In this document: positions 11,301-18,780 of the stretch, one piece after another
How the letters are laid out: the number at the start of each line of letters is the position of its first letter
Position numbering within the stretch: position 1 is the stretch's first letter
Origin: Gemmatimonadales bacterium
GTDB lineage: Bacteria > Gemmatimonadota > Gemmatimonadetes > Gemmatimonadales > GWC2-71-9
Reading direction: 5' to 3'
Assembly: GCA_035637355.1 (NCBI GenBank)
Contig: DASPXJ010000016.1
Coordinates: 38,970 to 102,969, forward strand
DNA: 64,000 nt
Notes under the pieces: generated by a model
What the model saw: only the letters and a program-made list of their open reading frames with translations
Told to the model about the DNA's origin: nothing
The model's database searches: none
Translations under genes and position numbers: made by a program

Positions 11301-11805
11301 CGAGCCCGCAGCCGACGACGAACGGTATCGCCATGCCGAAGTAGCGATCGATGGTGATCATCGCCGTCAGGTCGGTGCGCTGAAAGCCGAGCAACACCTT
11401 GAGCGCGGCAGGCAGCAGCCACTGGTAGCACGCGGCGGCGCCGCCCAGGAACAGCACCACACCCACGCCCAGCGCGGGCACGATCAACCGCTTTTCGCGC
11501 TCGTACAGCGCGGGCGCGAGAAACGCCCAGATCTGATAGATGACGACCGGTGACGCGAGCAGGCCGCCGAGCGCGAACGCGACCTTCAAGGTGAGCATGA
11601 AGGGCTCGGCGGGGCTCGTGAAGACGAGCCGCCCGCCCGGCAGGTACGGCGCGATCGGCCGCTTGAGCACTTCGATGATGTCGATCTTGTCGAGCAACCA
11701 CCAGCCGACGATCGTGCCGACCAGAATCGCGAGCAGACTCCAGAGGATGCGCCAGCGCAGCTCCTCGAGATGGTCGAGAAACGGCATCTCACCGCGCGGG
11801 GTCAT
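8311..11805 (-). CDS. tatC: Single 1164-codon frame: complete TatC (aa ~1-236) continuing without a stop into a signal-peptide-like linker and a ~900 aa LptD/OstA-like outer-membrane protein
   Basis: The TatC part runs MPFLDHLEELRWR... with six hydrophobic segments and ends ...YEVSIWCAWVA. The linker is SRRRARRVAAAMVVLVLLGVGGGAGSLHA-Q. The LptD-like part has an OstA-like N-domain, ...GGRRSGILFPRFG..., and a long beta-rich C-terminus. The TatC domain spans roughly 11098-11805 (alternative ATG 11787). Possible internal LptD starts are GTG 11100 and ATG 11061. Confidence 0.8.
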   Translation of the reverse strand: MTPRGEMPFLDHLEELRWRILWSLLAILVGTIVGWWLLDKIDIIEVLKRPIAPYLPGGRLVFTSPAEPFMLTLKVAFALGGLLASPVVIYQIWAFLAPALYEREKRLIVPALGVGVVLFLGGAAACYQWLLPAALKVLLGFQRTDLTAMITIDRYFGMAIPFVVGCGLVAELPLVVTILASLGIVTPQFLGRQRRYAIVIAAFLAAILTPPDAVSMMLMLGPLLLLYEVSIWCAWVASRRRARRVAAAMVVLVLLGVGGGAGSLHAQNPPPARPAPGDTGRGGRVDTSTAHKLGLPTAPSRSFPAPDRVIDSLLKLPNFRITRYMSDTIVVEGDSQTTFLRREAFVEREGTQLEADSIRYHEGSCRLDAAGDPHLFDQGTVLVGEGMRYDTCVRRGTVRDALTDFQQGGATWYVRGDIAADSGNKRVYVASANFTSDPQPVPDYHFAAGQVKWINKRTMIARPAVLYVRDVPIMWLPFIFNDIRGGRRSGILFPRFGLNDLVRPTRHYSRHMTDLGYYFVVNDYLDVLVSGDWFAGRYVAIHGQAQYDWLDRFVHGTLSYSRQMQLDQPSTNTRIGWSHAQRFNSRTDFNAHLDYATDASVIRRNSLNPMEVTASINSSATFTKRLSWANLDIGGNRRQELSSNAIDQSFPSIHLTPTTITITPWLTWSPTFSYTNDQRFHQAGGQLLIPGRPGSTVADTLPQFFDDRRTNITIGTPIRLGRWNWTNNFTIVDVRSNNRAEFTLPGDTADRGIHRVLYGRTFETQVDWSTSINLPTLFTSTWKIQPGVAIVNTTSGPFMLRNQFSGGEFVRQGKRLAFNLGVSPAFFGFFPGFGPLARIRHTVSPIISYQYAPGVQIPEEYAHAFDPTGRTLKARTDPQQTISLGLAQTFEAKLKPAAGDTAAEKAPRKIKLLSISTSAIGYNFERAKLPHNTGWQTGTLSNTFLSDLVPGFQLSMTHDLWKDGDVGSDTAKFSPFLQSVNASFQVTPATLQGIGRLLGLRSRPARPPAVDTTARADSGLGGPTDDFRRYDGGTRIPYGPQGSMGGGRGGHGGGRQFALGVTLSSTRSRADTGALKHRAGRQTAGLNLSFSPTRNWTANWSTSYDIVTRQFADHSLTFQRDLRRWHASFGFYKTATGNFSFIFNITLTDQPDIKFDYDQRTYVQ

Positions 11806-11826
11806 ATCGGGGTACGGCGACGGCCG

Positions 11827-12621
11827 CTAGGGCCTGAGGCGTTGCTGATTTTGCCGCGCGAGATCGGCCTCGGGAGAGCGCGGGTAGCCCGCGATCACCC
11901 GGGAGTAGAAGGACCGCGCCGTGGCCTTGTCTCCCCGTTGCTCGGCGAGGAGGCCCAGCTTATAGAGCGCGGATGGAGCGCGCGGCGAATTGGGATAGGC
12001 TCGCACGAGTTGGTCGTACACCGCCGCGGCGGAATCGGGTGCCGTCTGCTCGAAGCTTTCGCCGATGTAGAAGAGGGCGTCGGGCGCCCGTTCATGGGTG
12101 GGAAAGACGCGCAGGAACTCGCGGAACCCGAGCCGCGCCGTCGCGAGACTGCCACGGCGGTATTGCTGCAGCGAGATGTCGTACATCTGATCGGGACCGG
12201 GGCCCGCGCGATTGCCGGACGGACCGACCGGGGCGCCGCCGGTGGCCGGCATCCCCGGGTCCGGCTGCTGGGCGCGCGATTCGATGCGCGACCGCAGCTC
12301 GGTGAGCCGTTGCTGGCTCTGGCCCGTCAATTCCTGCACCGCGACGAGCTGCTGCTGCACCGACAACAGCTCGGTGCGCAAGTCGCCGCGCATTTGCACG
12401 AGGTATGCCTGCTGCGTCGCCAATGCCTGTTGCAGCAGGCGGACGGCGGCCAGGATCGTGTCCCGTTCCGCCGCCCGCGCCGCATCACTCTTGGCGAGAT
12501 CCGCCTGCAGCGCCAGGACCTGAAGCTCGACTTTCCGGACGTCCCCTTTCAGGGCACAGCCGGCGACGAGCCCCAGCGTCAGGACCAGCGCGCTACGACG
12601 GACGGCGCAGATTGTCGCCAC
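11827..12621 (-). CDS. ybgF: Tol-Pal system protein YbgF/CpoB (coiled coil plus TPR)
   Basis: Lipoprotein-like signal ...ALVLTLGLVAGC. It has a Gln/Leu-rich coiled coil and a C-terminal ...YIGESFEQT...YPNSPRAPSALYKLGL...YPRSPEA motif pattern. The start is proposed at in-frame GTG 12621; the ORF track runs to 12732 and overlaps pal. Confidence 0.85.
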   Translation of the reverse strand: MATICAVRRSALVLTLGLVAGCALKGDVRKVELQVLALQADLAKSDAARAAERDTILAAVRLLQQALATQQAYLVQMRGDLRTELLSVQQQLVAVQELTGQSQQRLTELRSRIESRAQQPDPGMPATGGAPVGPSGNRAGPGPDQMYDISLQQYRRGSLATARLGFREFLRVFPTHERAPDALFYIGESFEQTAPDSAAAVYDQLVRAYPNSPRAPSALYKLGLLAEQRGDKATARSFYSRVIAGYPRSPEADLARQNQQRLRP

Positions 12622-13204
12622 CGCTGGTGATCTCGAACTCGTCGCGCCGGTTCTGGGACCACGCGCTTTCGTCGTGGCCATCCACCAGCGGCCGCTCCTC
12701 GCCCCACGACTGCGTCTCGATGCGGCTGGCATCGATGCCGTGGCTCACGAGATACTGTTTCGCGGACTGCGCGCGGCGATTGCCGAGTGCGAGGTTGTAC
12801 TCGTCGGAGCCGCGCTCGTCACAGTGCCCCGCGATCCGGATCCGCAGCTCGGGGTTCGCCTGAAGAATCGCGACCTTCTGATCGAGCGCGCCCATGTCAT
12901 CCGACCGGATGTTCGACTTATCGAGGTCGAAGTGGATCATCGCCGCGAGCATATTGCGCACTTCTTCGGCGTTGCGGCTGAGGGCGGCGAGAGAATCCGC
13001 TTCCCGCTGGCGCGCGATGCGTTCCGCTTCCTCGCGGGCCAGGCGGTCCGCTTCGGCCTGTGCCGCGGCGATGGAATCGCGCACCCGCTGGTTCTCGGCC
13101 GCGGTGTCGACCGCCGGCGTCGTATTCTGCGGCGGTGGGTTGCTGGGACACGCGGCGACCGCAACGCCGAGACCGATCACGAGGAGCCACGATACCGATT
13201 TCAT
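12593..13204 (-). CDS. pal: Peptidoglycan-associated lipoprotein (OmpA-family C-terminal domain)
   Basis: Lipobox ...GVAVAAC. OmpA-like domain ...IHFDLDKSNI...IAGHCDERGSDEYNLALGNRRA...NRRDEF. GGAGAG lies upstream of ATG 13204. Confidence 0.92.
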   Translation of the reverse strand: MKSVSWLLVIGLGVAVAACPSNPPPQNTTPAVDTAAENQRVRDSIAAAQAEADRLAREEAERIARQREADSLAALSRNAEEVRNMLAAMIHFDLDKSNIRSDDMGALDQKVAILQANPELRIRIAGHCDERGSDEYNLALGNRRAQSAKQYLVSHGIDASRIETQSWGEERPLVDGHDESAWSQNRRDEFEITSGGDNLRRPS

Positions 13205-13217
13205 CCTATCTCTCCGA

Positions 13218-14648
13218 TCAGGGGGTGGAAGAAGGAGCCTCCGAAAGCCGTGGAGACCAAGCCGGCAGCCGCGCGCCGCTCTGCTGTAGCAGCGGCCGGA
13301 TACGGCCGGTGTCGAGATCGATGATCCACAACTGGCGGTAGCCCGACCGGTCGGAAACGAAGGCGAGATGACGGCTGTCAGGAGCCCAGGTCGGATCTTC
13401 GTTGCGCCCCACTGAGGTGAGCTGCCGGACCGTGCGCGTACGCACGTCCAACACGAACACCTGCAGCGTGCCCGCCACGTCCCGGTGAAACGCCACCGAT
13501 TGCCCGTCGGACGACCACTCCGGAGCGTTGGACGAACCGGTCACGCCGTAATCGAAGGGCGCGAACAACTGCTGGTCCGTTCCGTCTGCCGCCATGACGT
13601 AGATCTGCGGCAGGCCCGGGCGCGTTGAGACAAACGCAATGCGCTGCCCGTCAGGGCTGAACGTCGGGGACAAGTTGTCTGAAAAGCGTCCCACGGTCAA
13701 GCGGCGTAAACAACAGTTATTCTTGATGTTAATCGTGTAGAGATCGGTGCCTTCCTCCGTCGCGCGGCTGAACGCCATGGTCTGCCCGTCAGGCGAAAAG
13801 GCCGGCGTGAAGTCGAGTGCGGTCCCCGTCGTCGAAACCGCCGTCCGCTTCCCCGACCCCATGTCCTGTAGATAGAGCCATCCCTTTCCCGCCTGAAATT
13901 CCATGTACGCGAAGTGCCGGCCATCCGCGCCCCAGGCGGGCGACATCGCCTGCCGGTCGGTGGACGAGACGAGCTTCATATCGGCGCCGTCCTGATCGAT
14001 CTGATACACCTTGCCATCTCTGACGAACAGGATGCGGGTCGCCGCGATGCCCGGCGTACCGAGCGCCGCCTGCAGCGCCTGATCCGCGAGCCGATGCACC
14101 GCCTGCCGGAAATCAGCATCACCGGGCGGCGGCAAGTGCGCGCGCACGCTGCGGCGGACACTCGCGGCCGCGATGTCATGCAGCGTGGCGACGGTGGTGT
14201 CGCCGGCGGCGGTGACATCGAGTGCGAAATCGGCGCCGAGCGCCTGGTAGAGCGGGTAATTGAGCGAGGTGCCCTGAGCACCGCCGCTCGTGCCGGTTGC
14301 CGCCGTCGCACGACGCGTGCTCCCTGCCGTCGTCCTGCCGGATGAGCCGGGCGTCGCAAGCCGGATCGAGTCGCCGCCCGGGAGCGTGATCACCTCGAAG
14401 CGATCACTGTAGTCGAGGTCGCGCGCGACGATCGCGCGGACGGAGTCGAGACCGCCCCCCTTTCGTGGCAGCATCACCAACCCCGGCCGCACACCCGGCC
14501 GGTAGATGATGCCGATGCGGACGCCGCGGTCGATGGCGGTCGTGTCTTGGGCGGATAGGCGGATCGGCGGATGGGCGGATTGCAAGAGCGCAACTAGGCC
14601 CATGATCCGCAAAACCCATCCGCCGATCCGCCGATCCGCCGATCTCAC
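13218..14648 (-). CDS. tolB: Tol-Pal system beta-propeller protein TolB
   Basis: Repeated ...FSPDGQ..., ...WSSDGQS..., ...WAPDSRH... propeller motifs. The start is proposed at GTG 14648, overlapping the tolA TGA (GTGA). This gives the signal peptide MRSADRRIGGWVLRIMGLVALLQSA. The ORF track begins at 14699, and an internal ATG lies at 14603. Confidence 0.9.
   Translation of the reverse strand: MRSADRRIGGWVLRIMGLVALLQSAHPPIRLSAQDTTAIDRGVRIGIIYRPGVRPGLVMLPRKGGGLDSVRAIVARDLDYSDRFEVITLPGGDSIRLATPGSSGRTTAGSTRRATAATGTSGGAQGTSLNYPLYQALGADFALDVTAAGDTTVATLHDIAAASVRRSVRAHLPPPGDADFRQAVHRLADQALQAALGTPGIAATRILFVRDGKVYQIDQDGADMKLVSSTDRQAMSPAWGADGRHFAYMEFQAGKGWLYLQDMGSGKRTAVSTTGTALDFTPAFSPDGQTMAFSRATEEGTDLYTINIKNNCCLRRLTVGRFSDNLSPTFSPDGQRIAFVSTRPGLPQIYVMAADGTDQQLFAPFDYGVTGSSNAPEWSSDGQSVAFHRDVAGTLQVFVLDVRTRTVRQLTSVGRNEDPTWAPDSRHLAFVSDRSGYRQLWIIDLDTGRIRPLLQQSGARLPAWSPRLSEAPSSTP
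14550..14640. repeat. Inverted repeat built from 8-bp tandem units: GGCGGATN x4 (14550-14581) facing NATCCGCC x3 plus one partial (14605-14640)
   Basis: Read directly: GGCGGATA GGCGGATC GGCGGATG GGCGGATT ... ATCCGC aaaac C ATCCGCC G ATCCGCC G ATCCGCC. Bases 14550-14575 can pair with 14615-14640 at 25 of 26 positions. An inner 5-bp cggat/atccg pair extends the stem. Confidence 0.9.
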
Positions 14649-15328
14649 TGTCGTTGTCCCGAAAAGTAGAACCGCACAAACAACACATCCGACTGCCACC
14701 CGTCCGGCAGCGAGCCGAACGCTTTGAAGCGTCCTGCCTCTTCGACCGCGCCCTGTGCTTCCAGGTCGAACGAGAAATTGCCCGAACGCCGGATGAACGT
14801 CAGGTCCGTGACCGAACCGTCGCGATGCACGAAGAACGACACCTCCGCCTCGAGCGGCGTGCTCTGGCCGGGCCGCTGCCAGCGGCGCAACACCTGCGAC
14901 ACGATGTTCTGCAGATACTCGGGGAACGGGAACGCGACGCCCTCGGTGCTCACCGTCGCGACGTCGTTCCCGGTGGACGGACGCTCACCCGGCAGGGGCT
15001 GCGTCGTGGACGTCGTACGCGGCGCGGCCTCGCGCGTCGTCTGGTCGCGTGTCGGCGGCGGCGGCGCGCGCGAAACCGTGCTCTGCGGGCGCTTGGCGGC
15101 GGGCATGGGCGCCGGCTTTTCCTCGGCCGGCCGGTCGAAGGCTGGAGGCGCCTTCCGCGACTCGAGATCGGCCGCGGGCGCGGCGACCAGATGCACGCGG
15201 TAGGTCGGCGGCAGCCGCGTCCGGCCGGCCGGTGTGGCGAGCAGCAACGCGCCCACCAGCCCGTGTACGACCAGTGTGCCCGTCACCGCCATGCCTACAG
15301 GGGCCGGGTTGCGGCCGCGTCCTCTCAT
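14645..15328 (-). CDS. tolA: TolA/TonB-family energy-transducer protein (N-terminal anchor, Pro-rich spacer, TonB-type C-terminal domain)
   Basis: TM segment ...VTGTLVVHGLVGALLLA, a Pro/Ala-rich linker, and a C-terminal ...EVSFFVHRDGSVTDLTFIRRSGNFSFD... domain. It lies between tolR and tolB, with an ATGA overlap to tolR. Confidence 0.8.
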   Translation of the reverse strand: MRGRGRNPAPVGMAVTGTLVVHGLVGALLLATPAGRTRLPPTYRVHLVAAPAADLESRKAPPAFDRPAEEKPAPMPAAKRPQSTVSRAPPPPTRDQTTREAAPRTTSTTQPLPGERPSTGNDVATVSTEGVAFPFPEYLQNIVSQVLRRWQRPGQSTPLEAEVSFFVHRDGSVTDLTFIRRSGNFSFDLEAQGAVEEAGRFKAFGSLPDGWQSDVLFVRFYFSGQRQ

Positions 15329-15774
15329 CGGTTGATCGTCTCCGGTTCGGCTACGAGTCCCACATCCTGCACGCCTGCAGCACGAATGACCGCAAGCACC
15401 TGGACGACCCGTGCATACGCTACACGGCCGTCGGCTCGCAAATACACCCCTGTCGGCCGTTTCGTTCGCACGAAGGCGGGAAAGGTGGACTGGAAGTCAT
15501 CGTAGGAGAGCGCCGCCTGATCGAGATAGATCTTGCCGTCACTGTCCACGGTCACCACGAGCCCTTGCTTCGGCTCAATGGCCCGCACCTGCGCGCGCGG
15601 CAGGCGGACGTCGACGCCGCCCTGCATGATGGGTGCGGTGATCATGAAAATGATAAGCAACACGAACGCGACGTCCACAAGCGACGTGACGTTGATGTCG
15701 GCGTTGAGCGGGAGCTCGCCGTGCCCGCGGAGACCTCCTCCGCCTCCGCCACCGCCGCCGAGTAGTCCAGCCAT
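15325..15774 (-). CDS. tolR: Biopolymer transport protein TolR/ExbD
   Basis: Motif ...INVTSLVDVAFVLLIIFMITAP..., plus its size and position after tolQ. Confidence 0.9.
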   Translation of the reverse strand: MAGLLGGGGGGGGGLRGHGELPLNADINVTSLVDVAFVLLIIFMITAPIMQGGVDVRLPRAQVRAIEPKQGLVVTVDSDGKIYLDQAALSYDDFQSTFPAFVRTKRPTGVYLRADGRVAYARVVQVLAVIRAAGVQDVGLVAEPETINR

Positions 15775-16514
15775 CAGATCCGTCCTTCGCGGGCCAAGGT
15801 GCCGATGATCTCCTGGGCAAAGCCCTCGAGCTCACCGGCGAACAGGCCCAGCCGGTTGACGAAGAGGTTGTAGGCCATCACCGCCGGCACGGCGACGGCG
15901 AGGCCGCCGACGGTCGTGACCAGCGCTTCCGCGACGCCCGGCGCGACGGCGGTGATGTTCCCGGAGCCGCCCACCGCGATGCCGATGAACGCGTCCATCA
16001 CGCCCAGTACCGTGCCGAGCAGGCCCAACAACGGGCTGACGGAGCCGAACGTCGCCAGCCAGGGAATGAAGCGCGCCGCCATGTCGCGCTCGGCCGCCAC
16101 TTCCTTGGCGAGCACCATGCGCAACGCCTCGAGCTGCGTCGTGGTCAACGCGGTAGTAGCCCCGGGAGAGAGGGCGGCAACGTCCGGTGCGGAGGCGCGC
16201 GCTTTCAGACTGCCGGGCTTCAGCTCGGAGAAGAAATGCACGCCCTCGCGCAGCAGCCGGTTATAGGGCGACGGCGGCAGACGCATCGCGGCGTGATACG
16301 CGTCCTCCAGGCGTGGGGCTTTCTCGACTTCGGCCAGAAAGTGGTCGCCCAGCTGCCGCATGCGGCGGAATTGCCACCACTTGAGGACGATCAGATACCA
16401 CGATACGAGTGAAAAGACGGCGAGCACGCCCAGCACGAACTGCGTCTCGCGGCTGGATGTGAGGACCAGCTCCCACGGTGTCGTGGGGATCGCCCCTCGG
16501 ACCTGTAGCAGCAC
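15774..16514 (-). CDS. tolQ: Proton-channel protein TolQ (MotA/TolQ/ExbB family)
   Basis: Three TM segments and the C-terminal ...GLLGTVLGVMDAFIGI...VAPGVAEALVTTVGGLAVAVPAVMAYN motif. Confidence 0.9.
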   Translation of the reverse strand: MLLQVRGAIPTTPWELVLTSSRETQFVLGVLAVFSLVSWYLIVLKWWQFRRMRQLGDHFLAEVEKAPRLEDAYHAAMRLPPSPYNRLLREGVHFFSELKPGSLKARASAPDVAALSPGATTALTTTQLEALRMVLAKEVAAERDMAARFIPWLATFGSVSPLLGLLGTVLGVMDAFIGIAVGGSGNITAVAPGVAEALVTTVGGLAVAVPAVMAYNLFVNRLGLFAGELEGFAQEIIGTLAREGRI

Positions 16515-17507
16515 CTAACCTCCTCGGTAACCGTGCGGGTGTGCTTGATGCCAGCGCCAGGCGCTACCTAGAATCTCCTCGAGACTCGAATGCGCTGCCC
16601 GCCAGCCGAGCACCGACGCTGCGCGCCCGATGGCGGCGACCAGCTCCGGCGGATCGCCGGGACGGCGCGGACGCTCAACGGTGGGCACCGGGCGGCCAGT
16701 GACGCGGCGCGCTGCCTCGACGACCTCCCGCACCGAGCGGCCCGCACCGGTGCCGAGGTTGACCGCGACGGCCGAGCGGTCATCGAGCTGCACATCCAAC
16801 GCGCGCAGGTGCGCGTCGGCAATATCGGTGACATGCACGTAGTCCCGGACTGCGGTACCGTCAGCGGTCGGATAATCGGTGCCGTAGACCTCGAGCGCAC
16901 CGCGCCGGCCGAGCGCCGCCGCCAGCACATTCGGGATCAAATGCGTCTCCGGGTCGTGGTCTTCGCCAAGCCGGTCCGTGGCGCCTGACGCATTGAAGTA
17001 GCGCAAACTCACCACCTCCATGCCGTTCCGGGGCCCGACGTCGGCGAGCAGCCGCTCGAAGTCTCGCTTCGTCTCGCCGTATGGATTCACCGGCGCCTGC
17101 GGCGAATCTTCCGTTATCGGAATCTTCGCCGGATGACCGTACACCGCGCACGAAGATGACAGAACAAAGCGGCGGACGTTGGCGCGAACCGCCGCGTCCA
17201 ACAGTACCCGGGCGGCCGTCACATTGTTGGTCGCATACATCTGGGGCTGGGCAACGGACTCGGCAACGAGCGCGAAGGCCGCCAGGTGGATAATTGCGTC
17301 GATGCGCTCGCGTTCGAACACTGCCGTGACGAGCTCGCGATCTCCTACTCCACCCTGGATGAAGCCGGCGCCGCGTGCCACCGCCTCCCGATGCCCCCGG
17401 CTCAGATCATCGAGGACGACAACCGTGAAGCCGCGCTCCAGAAGCTGATCTACCAGAATGCTGCCGATGTACCCTGCCCCGCCGGTCACGAGCACGCGTC
17501 TGGTCAC
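16515..17507 (-). CDS. galE: UDP-glucose 4-epimerase
   Basis: N-terminus VLVTGGAGYIGS, with SDR YxxxK (PYGETK) and ...LRYFNASGA.... GTG 17507 overlaps the hemA TGA (GTGA). Confidence 0.88.
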   Translation of the reverse strand: MTRRVLVTGGAGYIGSILVDQLLERGFTVVVLDDLSRGHREAVARGAGFIQGGVGDRELVTAVFERERIDAIIHLAAFALVAESVAQPQMYATNNVTAARVLLDAAVRANVRRFVLSSSCAVYGHPAKIPITEDSPQAPVNPYGETKRDFERLLADVGPRNGMEVVSLRYFNASGATDRLGEDHDPETHLIPNVLAAALGRRGALEVYGTDYPTADGTAVRDYVHVTDIADAHLRALDVQLDDRSAVAVNLGTGAGRSVREVVEAARRVTGRPVPTVERPRRPGDPPELVAAIGRAASVLGWRAAHSSLEEILGSAWRWHQAHPHGYRGG

Positions 17508-18772
17508 GCCGGCGGCTCCATCCCGAACAGGCGGCGCAGCGCCTCGAGCAGCCCGTAGCCGCGGCCTTCTGCCGCCGCCGCCTTCAGCGCGATCGTGGGG
17601 TGATGCAGAAACTTGTTCAACAGCGCCTCGCTGAACTGCTCCACGCGGGCTCGAGTCTCGGGATCCAGATGCGGGAGCTGGCGCATCGCCCGCTCGAGCT
17701 CCGCTGCCCGCACCTCATCCATCCGGCTGCGCAGCTCCTTGATCGTCGGGACGACACCGAGCCCGCCGTACCACGCCCAGAAGAGGTCCGTTTCCTCTTC
17801 CACGATGCGCTCGGCGGCCGGAATCTCATCGCGGCGGCGTGCGGTCGCCTGCGCGGCGACGGTTTGCAGATCGTCCACGTCGTACAGGAAGACGTTCTCG
17901 ATTTGCGCGAGCGCGGGATCGACATCGCGTGGAACGGCGAGGTCCAGGATGCACAGCGGCCGCCCGCTGCGCGCGCCGATCACGGCGCCGACCCGTTCCC
18001 ACGTCACGACCGCGTGCGGCGCCGCAGTCGAACAGAGCGCGATGTCGGTGGTCGCAAAATGCGCCCACGCTTCGTCGAGCGATACGGCACGGCCCCCCAG
18101 CCGTTCGGCGATGGCGCGTGCACGCTCCTGCGTGCGATTCGCGACCAACGTGATCTGAACACCCTGATCGCTGAGGCACGTGGCGGCCAGCTCGGCCATA
18201 TCGCCGGCGCCGAGAATGAGCGCGCTCCGGCCGGCCAGGTCTCCGAAGATCTTGCCCGCGACGGCCACTCCGGCTGAGGCGGCGGACGCCGTCCCGATAC
18301 CCAGACCGGTTTCGGTCCGCACGCGCGAGCCGACGTGCAGCGCGGTCTGAAACAACCGGTGCAGCACGGGGCCCGCCTGGGCGCGCGAGGCCTCCCACGC
18401 TTCCCGCACCTGCCCCTGGATCTGCGACTCTCCGAGAATCATCGAGTCGAGACCCGACGACACACGGTAGAGATGACGCACCGCCTCACGATCGCGGGCG
18501 ATGTAGCCGTACTCCCGGACATCGCCCGGCGGCGCAGCCGCCAACCGCTCGCCGAGCAGTGACCAGACCGTCTCGAGCGCCGGCTCGTCATCGGCGACCA
18601 GGTAGAATTCGGTGCGATTGCAGGTAGAGAGCAGGACGCCGCCGGCGGCACCGGCCGCCATGACGCGCGCCAGCGCGCCCGGCACCTCGTGTGCACCGTG
18701 CGCGAACCGTTCCCGTACCTCGAGCGGTGCGGTGCGATGATTCACGCCCAGGACTTTGATCCCCATCTCCAT
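17504..18772 (-). CDS. hemA: Glutamyl-tRNA reductase
   Basis: MEMGIKVLGVNHRTAPLEVRE...LLSTCNRTEFY motif. The start is ATG 18772. The ORF-track extension to 19603 is Arg-rich and overlaps the ccsA-like gene out of frame. Confidence 0.92.
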   Translation of the reverse strand: MEMGIKVLGVNHRTAPLEVRERFAHGAHEVPGALARVMAAGAAGGVLLSTCNRTEFYLVADDEPALETVWSLLGERLAAAPPGDVREYGYIARDREAVRHLYRVSSGLDSMILGESQIQGQVREAWEASRAQAGPVLHRLFQTALHVGSRVRTETGLGIGTASAASAGVAVAGKIFGDLAGRSALILGAGDMAELAATCLSDQGVQITLVANRTQERARAIAERLGGRAVSLDEAWAHFATTDIALCSTAAPHAVVTWERVGAVIGARSGRPLCILDLAVPRDVDPALAQIENVFLYDVDDLQTVAAQATARRRDEIPAAERIVEEETDLFWAWYGGLGVVPTIKELRSRMDEVRAAELERAMRQLPHLDPETRARVEQFSEALLNKFLHHPTIALKAAAAEGRGYGLLEALRRLFGMEPPA

Positions 18773-18780
18773 ATGACCCG

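Noticed and set aside
15725-15760. Gly run (GGGGGGGGG) at the TolR N-terminus, considered as a homopolymer slippage site.
   Set aside because: It is encoded by mixed GGN codons (cctcctccgcctccgccaccgccgcc on plus), not a mononucleotide run. It is low-complexity protein, not a contingency tract.
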